Shown in pieces: positions 1-9,307 of a DNA stretch of 42,364 nt; the stretch's first letter is position 1; each line of letters opens with the position of its first letter. The translations under genes were made by a program, and so were the position numbers. The notes under the pieces were generated by a model that saw only the letters and a program-made list of their open reading frames with translations, ran no database searches and was not told the DNA's origin. The DNA is from Campylobacterota bacterium (GTDB lineage: Bacteria; Campylobacterota; Campylobacteria; Campylobacterales; Arcobacteraceae): NCBI GenBank assembly GCA_051746405.1, contig JBNJFB010000019.1, forward strand, positions 1-42,364, written 5' to 3'.

Positions 1-822
1 TTTTATAAAGATGTTAAGTTGGATGTATATTTAAAAGCTTCTAATAATAGTTTTTATTCAAGAGATAAAAGAGTTTATATAAAGCAAGATTTTATAAATG
101 AAGTTAAACCATTAAGCATAAGTGTAAAAAAACTTTGTAGTTATGACTACTTTATTGATACAAGTATGGTTACTAAAAAATCAGTTTATTATAGCATACT
201 AAATAAAACAGATGCATGGCTATATAAGTTTGGCATAAAGTTTAATGAAATAAATCCTTTGGAAAAATACAACTATATAAATCTAAATAAAGCTGTAATA
301 TCAAAAGATTTAAAAGAGAAAATATTTAATATAAAAAAAAGAGATAAAATTCTTCTTTTTCATCCATATAGTGCAAATAAGAAAAAGTCTATACCTCAAG
401 AGTATGCATGTGAGATTTTAAGAAAACTAGTAAATGAAAATTCAGAGTATACAGTAGTTACAACATTACAAGTTGATGGAAAACTAAATGATAGTAGATA
501 TGTAAATTTAGCTAGTTTATCAACAAATATTGATGATTTGATGTATATAATAGCAAATAGTCATAGGGTTATAACAGCTCACACTTCAGTTATGCATATG
601 AGTGATATTTTCATGGTGCCAACTGTTGTATTATCAAATAAAAAAAGTATTCAAGAGGATATAAAGTATTATCAGTATGTAAAAGCTTATGAAGTACAAG
701 ATAAAACAAAAAATCTCTCTAAGTTTGTATTTGAAAATGATGATTTACAACTTTATAAGTATGAAGGATGGAAAGAGATTAAAGTTTCTAAAATTATGAA
801 ACTATTAGAAAGTTTGTGTTAA
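1..822 (+). CDS. Glycosyltransferase family 9 (heptosyltransferase-like) protein, 5'-truncated by the window edge
   Basis: Frame is open from base 1, so the ORF-track start at 19 is probably internal. GT9-like motifs KILLFHPYSANKKKSIP and IIANSHRVITAHTSVMHMSDIFMVPTVVL. Confidence 0.7.
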   Translation, partial: FYKDVKLDVYLKASNNSFYSRDKRVYIKQDFINEVKPLSISVKKLCSYDYFIDTSMVTKKSVYYSILNKTDAWLYKFGIKFNEINPLEKYNYINLNKAVISKDLKEKIFNIKKRDKILLFHPYSANKKKSIPQEYACEILRKLVNENSEYTVVTTLQVDGKLNDSRYVNLASLSTNIDDLMYIIANSHRVITAHTSVMHMSDIFMVPTVVLSNKKSIQEDIKYYQYVKAYEVQDKTKNLSKFVFENDDLQLYKYEGWKEIKVSKIMKLLESLC

Positions 823-825
823 AAT
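817..825 (+). promoter_or_regulatory. Extended -10 sigma70-type promoter candidate for the glyQ operon
   Basis: TGTTAAAAT matches TGnTAnAAT and lies ~70 nt upstream of the glyQ ATG. Confidence 0.45.
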
Positions 826-894
826 GTCCCAAATAAGCATATCAACAAATACGTTTGTGAACTTAATAAATTACTAGTTTAGGAATAAAAATAT

Positions 895-1779
895 ATGGTG
901 ACATTTTCAGAAATTCTATTAAAATTACAAGAGTTTTGGGCTAAGCAAGGTTGTAATATAGTACAGCCTTATGATATTCCAGCAGGTGCAGGTACTTTTC
1001 ATCCTGCTACTATCTTAAGAAGTTTAGACTCAACACCTTGGGCTGCTGCTTATGTGGCACCTAGTAGAAGACCAACAGATGGAAGATATGGTGAAAACCC
1101 TAATAGACTTGGTTCTTACTATCAGTTTCAAACCTTAATAAAACCAAGTCCTGATAATATTCAAGATTTATATTTACAATCTTTGCAGTATTTGGGTTTA
1201 GATTTATCAAGACATGATATTAGGTTTGTAGAAGACAACTGGGAGTCTCCCACATTAGGTGCATGGGGTCTTGGATGGGAAGTTTGGCTTGATGGTATGG
1301 AGGTTACTCAATTTACTTACTTTCAACAAGTTGGAGGCTTAGCTTGTGACCCTGTTGCTGTTGAGATAACATACGGAACAGAGCGTTTAGCGATGTATTT
1401 ACAAGGTGTTGATTCTGTATTTGATATTGTATGGAATAAAAATGACCATGGGACTACAACTTATGCAGATGTACATAAAGAGGGTGAGTATCAGTTTTCA
1501 AAATATAATTTTGAATTAGCTAATACAGAGATGTTATTTAGGCATTTTGAAGATGCTTTTAATGAGTGTAAATCTTGTCTAGATGCACAGTTGCCACTTC
1601 CTGCTTATGATCAGTGTATGATAGCTTCACATCTATTTAATACATTAGATGCAAGAAAAGCAATTTCAGTAACAGAGCGTCAAAACTATATTTTAAAAGT
1701 AAGACAACTAGCACAGGGGTGTGCGGTTTTATATAAAGAGCAAGAAGAACAAAGAAATAATAGAGTAAAGAGTAGGTAA
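895..1779 (+). CDS. glyQ: Glycine--tRNA ligase alpha subunit
   Basis: Diagnostic [43 protein letters not shown] and EITYGTERL motifs. Confidence 0.98.
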   Translation: MVTFSEILLKLQEFWAKQGCNIVQPYDIPAGAGTFHPATILRSLDSTPWAAAYVAPSRRPTDGRYGENPNRLGSYYQFQTLIKPSPDNIQDLYLQSLQYLGLDLSRHDIRFVEDNWESPTLGAWGLGWEVWLDGMEVTQFTYFQQVGGLACDPVAVEITYGTERLAMYLQGVDSVFDIVWNKNDHGTTTYADVHKEGEYQFSKYNFELANTEMLFRHFEDAFNECKSCLDAQLPLPAYDQCMIASHLFNTLDARKAISVTERQNYILKVRQLAQGCAVLYKEQEEQRNNRVKSR

Positions 1780-1781
1780 GT

Positions 1782-2543
1782 TTGAAAGTTTTAGATATAT
1801 ATAAGAAGCTTGATGAGATTTCGCCTTTTGAGTTACAAGAAAAATGGGATAATTCAGGTTTAATAGTTGGTTCTTTTGATGATGATTTTGAAAACATCTA
1901 TATTAGCATTGATTTAGATGAAAATTTGGTTGAAAATATGAAACCAAACTCATTAGTAATTACTCATCATCCATTAATTTTCTCTTCAATTAAGAAGTTA
2001 AATTTTGATGATTATAGTACAAAGATTTTAAAGAAGTTAATCAAAAAAGATATTAGTTTGATTTCAATGCACACTAATATTGATAAAACACACTTAAATA
2101 AGTATGTGGTTGAAGATATTTTAGGGTATAAAATCCAACAAAAAAATATTGAAGATTTTATTGCATATGCAAATGTAAACTGTAGTTTTGAGCAATTAGT
2201 TAAAAATATCTCATTAAAGCTTGGTTTAAAAGTAGTAAAAACAGTAAAGTGTAACGAATATATAGATAAAATCGCAATTGTAACAGGTGCAGGTATGTCT
2301 TTATTGGATCATATAGATGCAGACTGTTATCTAACAGGGGATATTAAATATCATGATGCAATGCATGCGGATGCTAAAAATATATCACTAATTGATATAG
2401 GACATTATGATAGTGAGAGACATTTTAATACATTAGTTGAGAGTCTTTTATTTGACTATTTGAAAAAAAATAAATTAAAAGCTATAATAACAGCTTCAAA
2501 AAATCCATTTGAGTTTTGTATAGAAGGAGAACCGATTGAATAA
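1782..2543 (+). CDS. Nif3-like dinuclear metal centre protein
   Basis: WDNSGL, ITHHPLIF, HTNID, TGDIKYH and DIGHYDSE motifs; TTG start. Confidence 0.93.
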   Translation: MKVLDIYKKLDEISPFELQEKWDNSGLIVGSFDDDFENIYISIDLDENLVENMKPNSLVITHHPLIFSSIKKLNFDDYSTKILKKLIKKDISLISMHTNIDKTHLNKYVVEDILGYKIQQKNIEDFIAYANVNCSFEQLVKNISLKLGLKVVKTVKCNEYIDKIAIVTGAGMSLLDHIDADCYLTGDIKYHDAMHADAKNISLIDIGHYDSERHFNTLVESLLFDYLKKNKLKAIITASKNPFEFCIEGEPIE

Positions 2544-3255
2544 GTATTTACAGGATTTAATACAGTTATCAAAGTATGACACATCAATAAGTATGTATGA
2601 GCCTAAGATTGAGAATGAAAAAGCTAAGTTAGCTACATTTATAGAGACGGCTGAATCAATAAAAACATCTATTAATAGTATGTATTTAGAAATAGATGAA
2701 ATCAAATCAAAAAGAACAAAAAACAATATCCATTTAGCTGAGTTGAAAACAAAGTTAGATGATGTTGCTAAAAAAAACAAAGATGTTCAAACTGATAAAG
2801 AGTTAAAAGCCCTACAGTTAGAAGAAGAGATTGCAAAAGAGCAAATTACTTTTGCTAATGAAGAGATTGATAGATTAGATAATTTAGCTAGTAGTAAAGA
2901 GGATGATTTAAAAGAGCTTCAAGAAAAATTAGCCCAAGAAGAAGAGTCTATTAAAGATATTCAAATTGCAGTTGATAATAAGATTGAAGAGATTAATAAA
3001 GAGAGAAATGAAGTTTATCAACAAAGAAGTGAGCTTCTTCAAAAAGTTGATAATAAAATTTTAACTTTTTATGAAAAAATTAAAAGATGGGCAAAAGACT
3101 CCGCTGTAGTTCCTGTGAAAAAACAAGCTTGTTATGGATGTTTTATGAAAATAAATGATAAAACTTATGCAGAAGTTGTAAAGTCTGAAGAGATTATAAA
3201 CTGTCCACATTGTGGAAGAATTCTTTATAAAGAAGATGAAACAAAAGAGGAATAA
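2536..3255 (+). CDS. Coiled-coil plus C4 zinc-ribbon protein (DUF164; HP0958/FlgZ-like)
   Basis: Long coiled coil followed by CYGC...CPHCGRILY; conserved position between the Nif3 gene and waaA. Confidence 0.9.
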   Translation: MNKYLQDLIQLSKYDTSISMYEPKIENEKAKLATFIETAESIKTSINSMYLEIDEIKSKRTKNNIHLAELKTKLDDVAKKNKDVQTDKELKALQLEEEIAKEQITFANEEIDRLDNLASSKEDDLKELQEKLAQEEESIKDIQIAVDNKIEEINKERNEVYQQRSELLQKVDNKILTFYEKIKRWAKDSAVVPVKKQACYGCFMKINDKTYAEVVKSEEIINCPHCGRILYKEDETKEE

Positions 3256-3257
3256 GT

Positions 3258-4415
3258 TTGTTCCTCTTTGAAGCTACTTATTATATACTACTTACCCTTT
3301 TACATATAGTTGCAATTCCATATTTACTTATAAAATCAAAACAATCCAAGTATAAAAAAGCAATACCTGCAAGGTTTTTTCTAAAAGATAATAAAAGATT
3401 TAAAACAGATGGCATTTGGTTTCACTCATGTTCAATGGGGGAAACAAAAGCATTAAAACCTTTGATTGAGCACTACAAAAATAAAAAGTGTAATGTAAAC
3501 TTATCAGTTGCAACAAATACAGGTTTTCAAGAGGGAAAAAAATATATAGAAGAAGTAAGATATCTTCCTTTTGAAACACTCTTGCCTTTTTGGCAAACAA
3601 AGCAAAAGGTTTTAGTTGTAGCAGAAGCAGAGCTTTGGTTGATGCTTTTTTTTATTGCAAAAATTAAAAAAACTAAAACAGTTTTATTAAATGCAAGAGT
3701 TTCAGACTCATCATATCAGTCATATAAGAAATTCTCTTTTTTATATAAAAAAATATTTAAGAATATTGATATTGTTTTTGCTCAAAGCAAATTAGATAAA
3801 GAGAGATTAATAGAACTAGGTGCTAGTAATGTTGAGGTTTGTGGAAATATAAAACTTTGGGCTAAGCCAGAGTTAAAAAATAGTTTTAAAAAACAAAAGC
3901 AGGAAGTATTAACAGCTGCAAGTACTCATAGTGGTGAAGAGAAGTTAATACTACAAGCTTATGAAAAAAAGTATGGGAAACTTATAGTTGTCCCAAGACA
4001 CCCTGAGAGATTTGATGAAGTTTACAAGCTTATTGAAAAGTATGCAGAAAAAAAAGGTTTAAGTTATAGTAGGTACTCATTTCAAAAAAGTTTTGATTTT
4101 GATATAATACTAATAGATAAAATGGGAATGTTAAATGACATTTATTCAATTTCAGATATAGTTATTTTAGGTGGTGCTTTTGAAAAAATAGGTGGACATA
4201 ATCCTATTGAACCTGCACACTTTGGTTGTAAAATAGTAAGTGGAAAAAATATTTTTAATCAGAAAAGTCTCTTTTCTCATGTAAAAAACTATGTTTTAAT
4301 TGAAAAAGAGGAGCTTAAAAATATTTTAGATAAAAAAGAAGAGTTAAAAAAGTCAGTTTTAAATATATCTGGCTCATATGAAAAAATAATAAAGGAAATA
4401 GATGCCAACTTATGA
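3258..4415 (+). CDS. waaA: 3-deoxy-D-manno-octulosonic acid (Kdo) transferase
   Basis: WFHSCSMGE, EAELW, NARVS, AASTH, VPRHPERF and GGHNPIEPA motifs. Confidence 0.95.
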   Translation: MFLFEATYYILLTLLHIVAIPYLLIKSKQSKYKKAIPARFFLKDNKRFKTDGIWFHSCSMGETKALKPLIEHYKNKKCNVNLSVATNTGFQEGKKYIEEVRYLPFETLLPFWQTKQKVLVVAEAELWLMLFFIAKIKKTKTVLLNARVSDSSYQSYKKFSFLYKKIFKNIDIVFAQSKLDKERLIELGASNVEVCGNIKLWAKPELKNSFKKQKQEVLTAASTHSGEEKLILQAYEKKYGKLIVVPRHPERFDEVYKLIEKYAEKKGLSYSRYSFQKSFDFDIILIDKMGMLNDIYSISDIVILGGAFEKIGGHNPIEPAHFGCKIVSGKNIFNQKSLFSHVKNYVLIEKEELKNILDKKEELKKSVLNISGSYEKIIKEIDANL

Positions 4416-5154
4416 TAAGGCGTATAAAGTATTAGCAAAGCAAGAGAAGATATCAAACTCTAAAGCAAAAGATTTAATTGATAAAGGCTTAGTTTTAGCA
4501 AAAGGTAAAAAGGTTTTAATTGCAAGGGGTGAAATTAAAACAGATACAAGGTTTAATGTAAAGTATCCTGCATCTGTAAAAGTAATATTTGAAGATGATG
4601 ATATTTTAGCTGTTGATAAACCAGCTTTTTTAACAGCACATGAGATTGAAAAGAAGTATAAAAATGCTACTTTATTAAATAGATTAGATAAAGAGACAAG
4701 TGGTGTAATGCTTTTTGCAAAGAGTGAAGAGTTTAGATTAAAAGCTATAAAAGAGTTTGCAGCAAATAGAGTCTATAAAGAGTATGTAGCAATAGTTGAG
4801 GGTAGAGTTGTTGATGAAACTGTTATTGATGAGCCAATTTTAACTATAAAAGATAAAAATCAAGCTAAATCAAAAGTAGATTTAAAAAAAGGAAAGAGTG
4901 CTAAAACTACAGTTTATCCTATGTTTGTTGAAGGTAGAAAATCTAAAATAAAAGTGGTAATAGAAAGTGGAAGAACACATCAAATAAGAGTACATCTAAG
5001 TCATATTGGGTTACCTATTATAGGTGATGGTGTATATGGAAAACCTTTATCAAATATAAATAGAGTTTTATTGCACTCAAAAGTTACTAGAATCTTTGAT
5101 TATGAGTTTGTTTCACCTGAACCAAGAGAGTTTAAAGTTTTTGATTTTAATTAA
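4402..5154 (+). CDS. RluA-family RNA pseudouridine synthase with N-terminal S4-like region
   Basis: VDKP, NRLDKETSG (catalytic Asp) and GRTHQIRVH motifs. Confidence 0.92.
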   Translation: MPTYDKAYKVLAKQEKISNSKAKDLIDKGLVLAKGKKVLIARGEIKTDTRFNVKYPASVKVIFEDDDILAVDKPAFLTAHEIEKKYKNATLLNRLDKETSGVMLFAKSEEFRLKAIKEFAANRVYKEYVAIVEGRVVDETVIDEPILTIKDKNQAKSKVDLKKGKSAKTTVYPMFVEGRKSKIKVVIESGRTHQIRVHLSHIGLPIIGDGVYGKPLSNINRVLLHSKVTRIFDYEFVSPEPREFKVFDFN

Positions 5155-5177
5155 AATTTAAGCTTTAAAAATAACTT

Positions 5178-5203
5178 ACTTCCCTTTAAAAGGGAAGTTT
5201 TCT
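5178..5203 (+). terminator. Rho-independent terminator of the glyQ-rlu operon
   Basis: ACTTCCCTT-TAA-AAGGGAAGT 9-bp stem followed by a T-rich tail, 23 nt after the stop codon. Confidence 0.75.
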
Positions 5204-5270
5204 AATAAATAAATATTAAAATATACTTAAAATATGCTGTGTAATTAAACTATATTAAAGTTTAAAACTG

Positions 5271-5276
5271 TATAAT
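5271..5276 (+). promoter_or_regulatory. -10 box candidate for the ffh operon
   Basis: Perfect TATAAT 27 nt upstream of the ffh TTG start, with a GGAG RBS between them. Confidence 0.55.
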
Positions 5277-5303
5277 TCAAAAAAAATTGATGGAGTATTA
5301 AAA

Positions 5304-6662
5304 TTGTTTGATTCTATAACCGGCTCAATAAAAAATGCAGTAAATAAAATAAGACATAAAGATGACGCAGCTGCTTTAAAAAAAGCAACAACCGAATTAA
5401 GAAAATCTTTATTAAAATCTGATGTTCACCACAAGACTACAAAAGAGCTTATAAAGCAAGTTGATATTGAAACAAAACAAAATGGTATAGGACAAGACTC
5501 TTTTCTAAATGCACTAAAAAATCAATTAACACAAATATTAACAGCTAATGGAAATCAAGGTTTTGTATTTTCAAGTACACCTCCAACTACAATATTAATG
5601 ACTGGACTTCAAGGTTCGGGTAAGACAACTACTACAGGAAAGCTAGCAAATTACTTAAAAACAAGAAAAAAGAAAGTACTAGTTGCAGCTGCTGACTTAC
5701 AGAGGTTAGCAGCAGTTGAACAGCTAAAGCAAATTGCTACACAAGTTGAAGTTGATATATATTATGATGATAATGAAACAAATCCTGTAAACATAGCAAA
5801 AGCAGCACAGCAAAAAGCTAAAAATGAACATTATGATGTACTTTTGATAGATACAGCAGGTAGGCTTGCTATTGATGAGGAGTTAATGGTTCAGTTAAAT
5901 GATGTTAAAAAATCAGTTGAACCAGATGAAATATTTTATGTTGCGGATTCATTAACAGGGCATGATGCAACAAAAACAGCAACTACTTTTAAAGAAAAAA
6001 TTGGGATTGATGGGGTTATTTTATCAAAGTACGATGGTGATACAAAAGGTGGAGTTGCACTTTCAATTGCAGATCAAGTTGGGGTTCCTCTAAGATTTAT
6101 AGGTATTGGTGAGAAAATGCCTGATTTAGAGGTATTTATTCCTGATAGAATTGTTTCAAGACTTTTAGGTGCAGGTGATATTGAAGGGTTAGCTGAAAAA
6201 ACTTCTGCAGTTATAGATGAGAAAAAAGCAAAAGCAGTAACAAAAAAGATTAAAAAAGGTGAATTTAACTTTAATGACTTTTTAGAACAACTATCAATGA
6301 TGAGTAAATTAGGTTCAATGAAATCAATTATTGGAATGATTCCAGGAATGTCACAGATGGCTGGTCAAATAAAAGATATGGATTTTGAAAACTCTGATGA
6401 AATAAAAAGAATCAAAGCATTAATAGGTTCAATGACTCCTAAAGAGAGAGAGCAACCCTCACTAATGAATATATCTAGAAAAAGAAGAATTGCTAAAGGT
6501 TCTGGACTTTCAGAGGCGCAAATCAATAAAATATTAAAGCAGTTTAAAAGTGCTTCAAAAATGGCTAAAAAACTATCATCAAAAGGTGGTATGAAAGGTC
6601 TTAAAAATATGATGGATCAAATGGGTGGAGCTAATGGTAAGATGCCAAATCTGCCAAGATAG
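5304..6662 (+). CDS. ffh: Signal recognition particle protein
   Basis: GLQGSGKTT, DTAGRL and DGDTKGG GTPase motifs; Met-rich M domain with SRKRRIAKGSG. Confidence 0.98.
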   Translation: MFDSITGSIKNAVNKIRHKDDAAALKKATTELRKSLLKSDVHHKTTKELIKQVDIETKQNGIGQDSFLNALKNQLTQILTANGNQGFVFSSTPPTTILMTGLQGSGKTTTTGKLANYLKTRKKKVLVAAADLQRLAAVEQLKQIATQVEVDIYYDDNETNPVNIAKAAQQKAKNEHYDVLLIDTAGRLAIDEELMVQLNDVKKSVEPDEIFYVADSLTGHDATKTATTFKEKIGIDGVILSKYDGDTKGGVALSIADQVGVPLRFIGIGEKMPDLEVFIPDRIVSRLLGAGDIEGLAEKTSAVIDEKKAKAVTKKIKKGEFNFNDFLEQLSMMSKLGSMKSIIGMIPGMSQMAGQIKDMDFENSDEIKRIKALIGSMTPKEREQPSLMNISRKRRIAKGSGLSEAQINKILKQFKSASKMAKKLSSKGGMKGLKNMMDQMGGANGKMPNLPR

Positions 6663-6757
6663 TCTTTAAAAAAAAGCTTTACTAATAGTGTTGAGCTGTA
6701 AACTTTTATGAGTTTAGAATTCAATACTATAGTTATAAAATAAATTAAAGGAATAAA

Positions 6758-6988
6758 ATGACAGTAATTAGATTAACAAGAATGGGTAGAAACAAAAAAC
6801 CATTTTACAGAATCGTAGTAACAGACTCAAGAAAAAGAAGAGATTCAGGTTGGATTGAATCAATTGGATATTACAACCCAGTATCAGAACCAAAAGTATT
6901 AAAACTTGATGATGAAAGATATAACTACTGGTTAAGTGTTGGAGCTAAGCCATCAGAAAAAGTTAAGAAATTAGCTGAAAAAAAATAA
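6758..6988 (+). CDS. rpsP: 30S ribosomal protein S16
   Basis: [26 protein letters not shown]...IGYYNP. Confidence 0.98.
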   Translation: MTVIRLTRMGRNKKPFYRIVVTDSRKRRDSGWIESIGYYNPVSEPKVLKLDDERYNYWLSVGAKPSEKVKKLAEKK

Positions 6989-7008
6989 TATAAATAAAGA
7001 GATGATAT

Positions 7009-7248
7009 ATGGTTACTGAGTTTATAGAAAACTATGCTAAGCTTATTGTTAGTCAACCGCAAGATGTGAAGGTTATGAAAGAGCAGATTGATGACTCTTT
7101 TATAGAGATTACAATTCATGCCCATAGTATGGATATAGGTAAGTTAATTGGCAAAAATGGAAATATGATAAATGCATTAAAAACTATGGCAAATGGCTGT
7201 AAAGCAAAAGATGGAATATCATATAAAATTCAAGTTATAGCAGATTAG
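7009..7248 (+). CDS. khpA: KH-domain RNA-binding protein (KhpA family)
   Basis: DIGKLIGKNG GxxG loop; position between rpsP and rimM. Confidence 0.85.
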   Translation: MVTEFIENYAKLIVSQPQDVKVMKEQIDDSFIEITIHAHSMDIGKLIGKNGNMINALKTMANGCKAKDGISYKIQVIAD

Positions 7249-7253
7249 TTTCT

Positions 7254-7790
7254 ATGAAAAATAGTAATAATATATATGTTGCAAAACTAGGAAAGACCGT
7301 TGGTTTAAAAGGTCATTTAAGACTTTTTATAGACTCTGACTTTCCTGGGCAGTTTAAGCAAGGTGCAGTATTTAAAACAAATAAAAATATTCAATTAACA
7401 GTAAAAGAGTATAATAATAAAAGCAATGTTATTCTTTTTGAAGAGTTTAGAGATATCGATGAAGCAAAAATACTTACAAATCAACATTTATACACAACTA
7501 TTGAAGAGACTAGAAAAAACTGTAAATTAGAAAAAAATGAGTTTTTTTGGTTTGATTTAGTTGACTGCGAAGTTATAGAAGATGACAATATTCTGGGGTT
7601 GGTGCAGGAGATACACAGATTTCCATCTAGTGATTACCTTGAAGTTAAAACATCTGTTTCTTTAGTAAAGCAAGGGTTCTCAAAAACATTTTTGATTCCT
7701 CATTTATTTGATACTTATATAAAAGAAGTAAATATCAAAGAAAAAAGAATCTATGTCCAAGATGCAATGGACATACTACAAAACTCATAA
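7254..7790 (+). CDS. rimM: Ribosome maturation factor RimM
   Basis: GKTVGLKG, EFFWFDLVDCEV and FLIP motifs; synteny. Confidence 0.95.
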   Translation: MKNSNNIYVAKLGKTVGLKGHLRLFIDSDFPGQFKQGAVFKTNKNIQLTVKEYNNKSNVILFEEFRDIDEAKILTNQHLYTTIEETRKNCKLEKNEFFWFDLVDCEVIEDDNILGLVQEIHRFPSSDYLEVKTSVSLVKQGFSKTFLIPHLFDTYIKEVNIKEKRIYVQDAMDILQNS

Positions 7791-7793
7791 ATA

Positions 7794-8873
7794 TTAATAT
7801 TTACATCTTCTTTCAAATTCACTTTTGGTTAACTCAACTTGGTAAGAGTATTTAAAACCATTTTTTAGTGCTAAATCATAGATTTTATTTCTAGTTTTCA
7901 TATCATCAAAAGGTCCATAATATATATCTATATTGTTTTGACTATCTCTACAAAGTAATACATCATTGTGTACTTTTAAAACCCTATCTAGGAAGTCTTT
8001 GTATAAATCTCCTTTTATTGTTGCTACACTTATTAGATTTACAAACTCAATTTCTTCATTATTTTTAGATATACTATCACTTTGTTCTTTGTTATTATCA
8101 CTACTATTTACATTAGAGCTATTTTCATTTGAACTATTTTGTTGCTCTTTTAGCATTTGCTCTTTATTCTCTTCTTGTTTTATGTTGTTTTCAATCTCTA
8201 GCTGAGCTAAAATAAGTTTTTCTCTTTCAAGCTCTAAAATCTCTTTTTCTTTAATCATTTCATCTTTTATTGATTTAGCTTGTTGTTTTAAGTTTTCTAA
8301 CTCATCTTTTTGTGATTCAAGTGTCTCTTTTTTTGTTTGTAAAAGTTCACGCTCTTTTTTTATCTCTTCTTCTTTTTGCTTTAACTCTTTTCTAAACTCT
8401 TCTCTTTGTTCTTTTATTTTTTCGCTCTCTTGGTTCTCTTTAATCTCTTTATTTGTTAGCTTTGAAAGCTCTTGATTTAGTTTTTTTGTGTCAACATCTT
8501 GCAGGCTAAAGTTATATGAATTACTTTGTTGAGACTTTTGATTATAACTATTTTTTGTTTGTTCTTCTTGCTGTTTGTCTTGCTTTGGTTTACTCTCATT
8601 TTGAGTTTGACTAGTATCTTCATCAAAAAAGCCAACAAAATATAGAATAATACCTAATATAAAAATAAAACCTAAAAATCCTGAAATAGAGATTAAGATA
8701 AGTTTTAATTTATTTGGTTTTTTCTTGATAGCAAAATCTTTATTATCATCTTCATTTGTTGAAGTTTCACTCTCTTTAAAATCATCATTATTATTTGAGT
8801 CTTGATTTTCATTTGATGTTTGATTAGACTCTTCATCTTGTGTTTGTGTTGATTCTTTTTCTTCTTCTGCCAT
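7794..8873 (-). CDS. Hypothetical bitopic membrane protein with coiled coil and C-terminal SPOR-like domain
   Basis: Acidic N-terminus, KKK then one TM helix (~aa 57-83), E/K-rich coiled coil, C-terminal IYYGPF...LKNGF pattern. Domain call is tentative. Confidence 0.6.
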   Translation of the reverse strand: MAEEEKESTQTQDEESNQTSNENQDSNNNDDFKESETSTNEDDNKDFAIKKKPNKLKLILISISGFLGFIFILGIILYFVGFFDEDTSQTQNESKPKQDKQQEEQTKNSYNQKSQQSNSYNFSLQDVDTKKLNQELSKLTNKEIKENQESEKIKEQREEFRKELKQKEEEIKKERELLQTKKETLESQKDELENLKQQAKSIKDEMIKEKEILELEREKLILAQLEIENNIKQEENKEQMLKEQQNSSNENSSNVNSSDNNKEQSDSISKNNEEIEFVNLISVATIKGDLYKDFLDRVLKVHNDVLLCRDSQNNIDIYYGPFDDMKTRNKIYDLALKNGFKYSYQVELTKSEFERRCKY

Positions 8874-8875
8874 AG

Positions 8876-9289
8876 CTATTCTTCTTTCTTAGATTTTCTT
8901 CTTTCTCGTTGTCTTTTGAGAATCTTTTCTCTGTTTTTTTGATAGTATTCTCTACGATATTTTCTTAATCTCTCTTTTTTCTCTTCTCTATATTTTCTAT
9001 CATACTCTAAACGACGTCTTTTATTCTCTTCATAATACTCTTTTTTCTTCTCTTTATACTCATTTATTTTAATTATTATTAGCTCTTTTCTATCATCCAT
9101 ATGAGCTTTTTGAGCTTTTGCAATCTCTTTGATTTTTGTAGCAAAGTTTAAATCATTAAGCTCATTTTCATAATCGATACTTTTTCTTACCTCTTTTTTT
9201 TGTTTCTTTTTTAGGTAGTAAGCTCGCTTTTTTCTCTTATGTGCTAGAAATCTCTCTTCACGAATTTTTTTTAATTCATCTAAATTCAT
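8876..9289 (-). CDS. Hypothetical highly basic helical protein
   Basis: 137-aa ORF between flgG (18 nt gap) and the next ORF (2 nt gap) on the same strand; dominated by K/R/E/Y. Confidence 0.7.
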   Translation of the reverse strand: MNLDELKKIREERFLAHKRKKRAYYLKKKQKKEVRKSIDYENELNDLNFATKIKEIAKAQKAHMDDRKELIIIKINEYKEKKKEYYEENKRRRLEYDRKYREEKKERLRKYRREYYQKNREKILKRQRERRKSKKEE

Positions 9290-9307
9290 GTTAATTACTC
9301 AACTTAA

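Noticed and set aside
842..860. Small hairpin with a UACG loop in the glyQ leader, considered as a T-box or riboswitch
   Set aside because: The leader is only ~70 nt, the stem is weak with an A-U closing pair, and there is no T-box motif.
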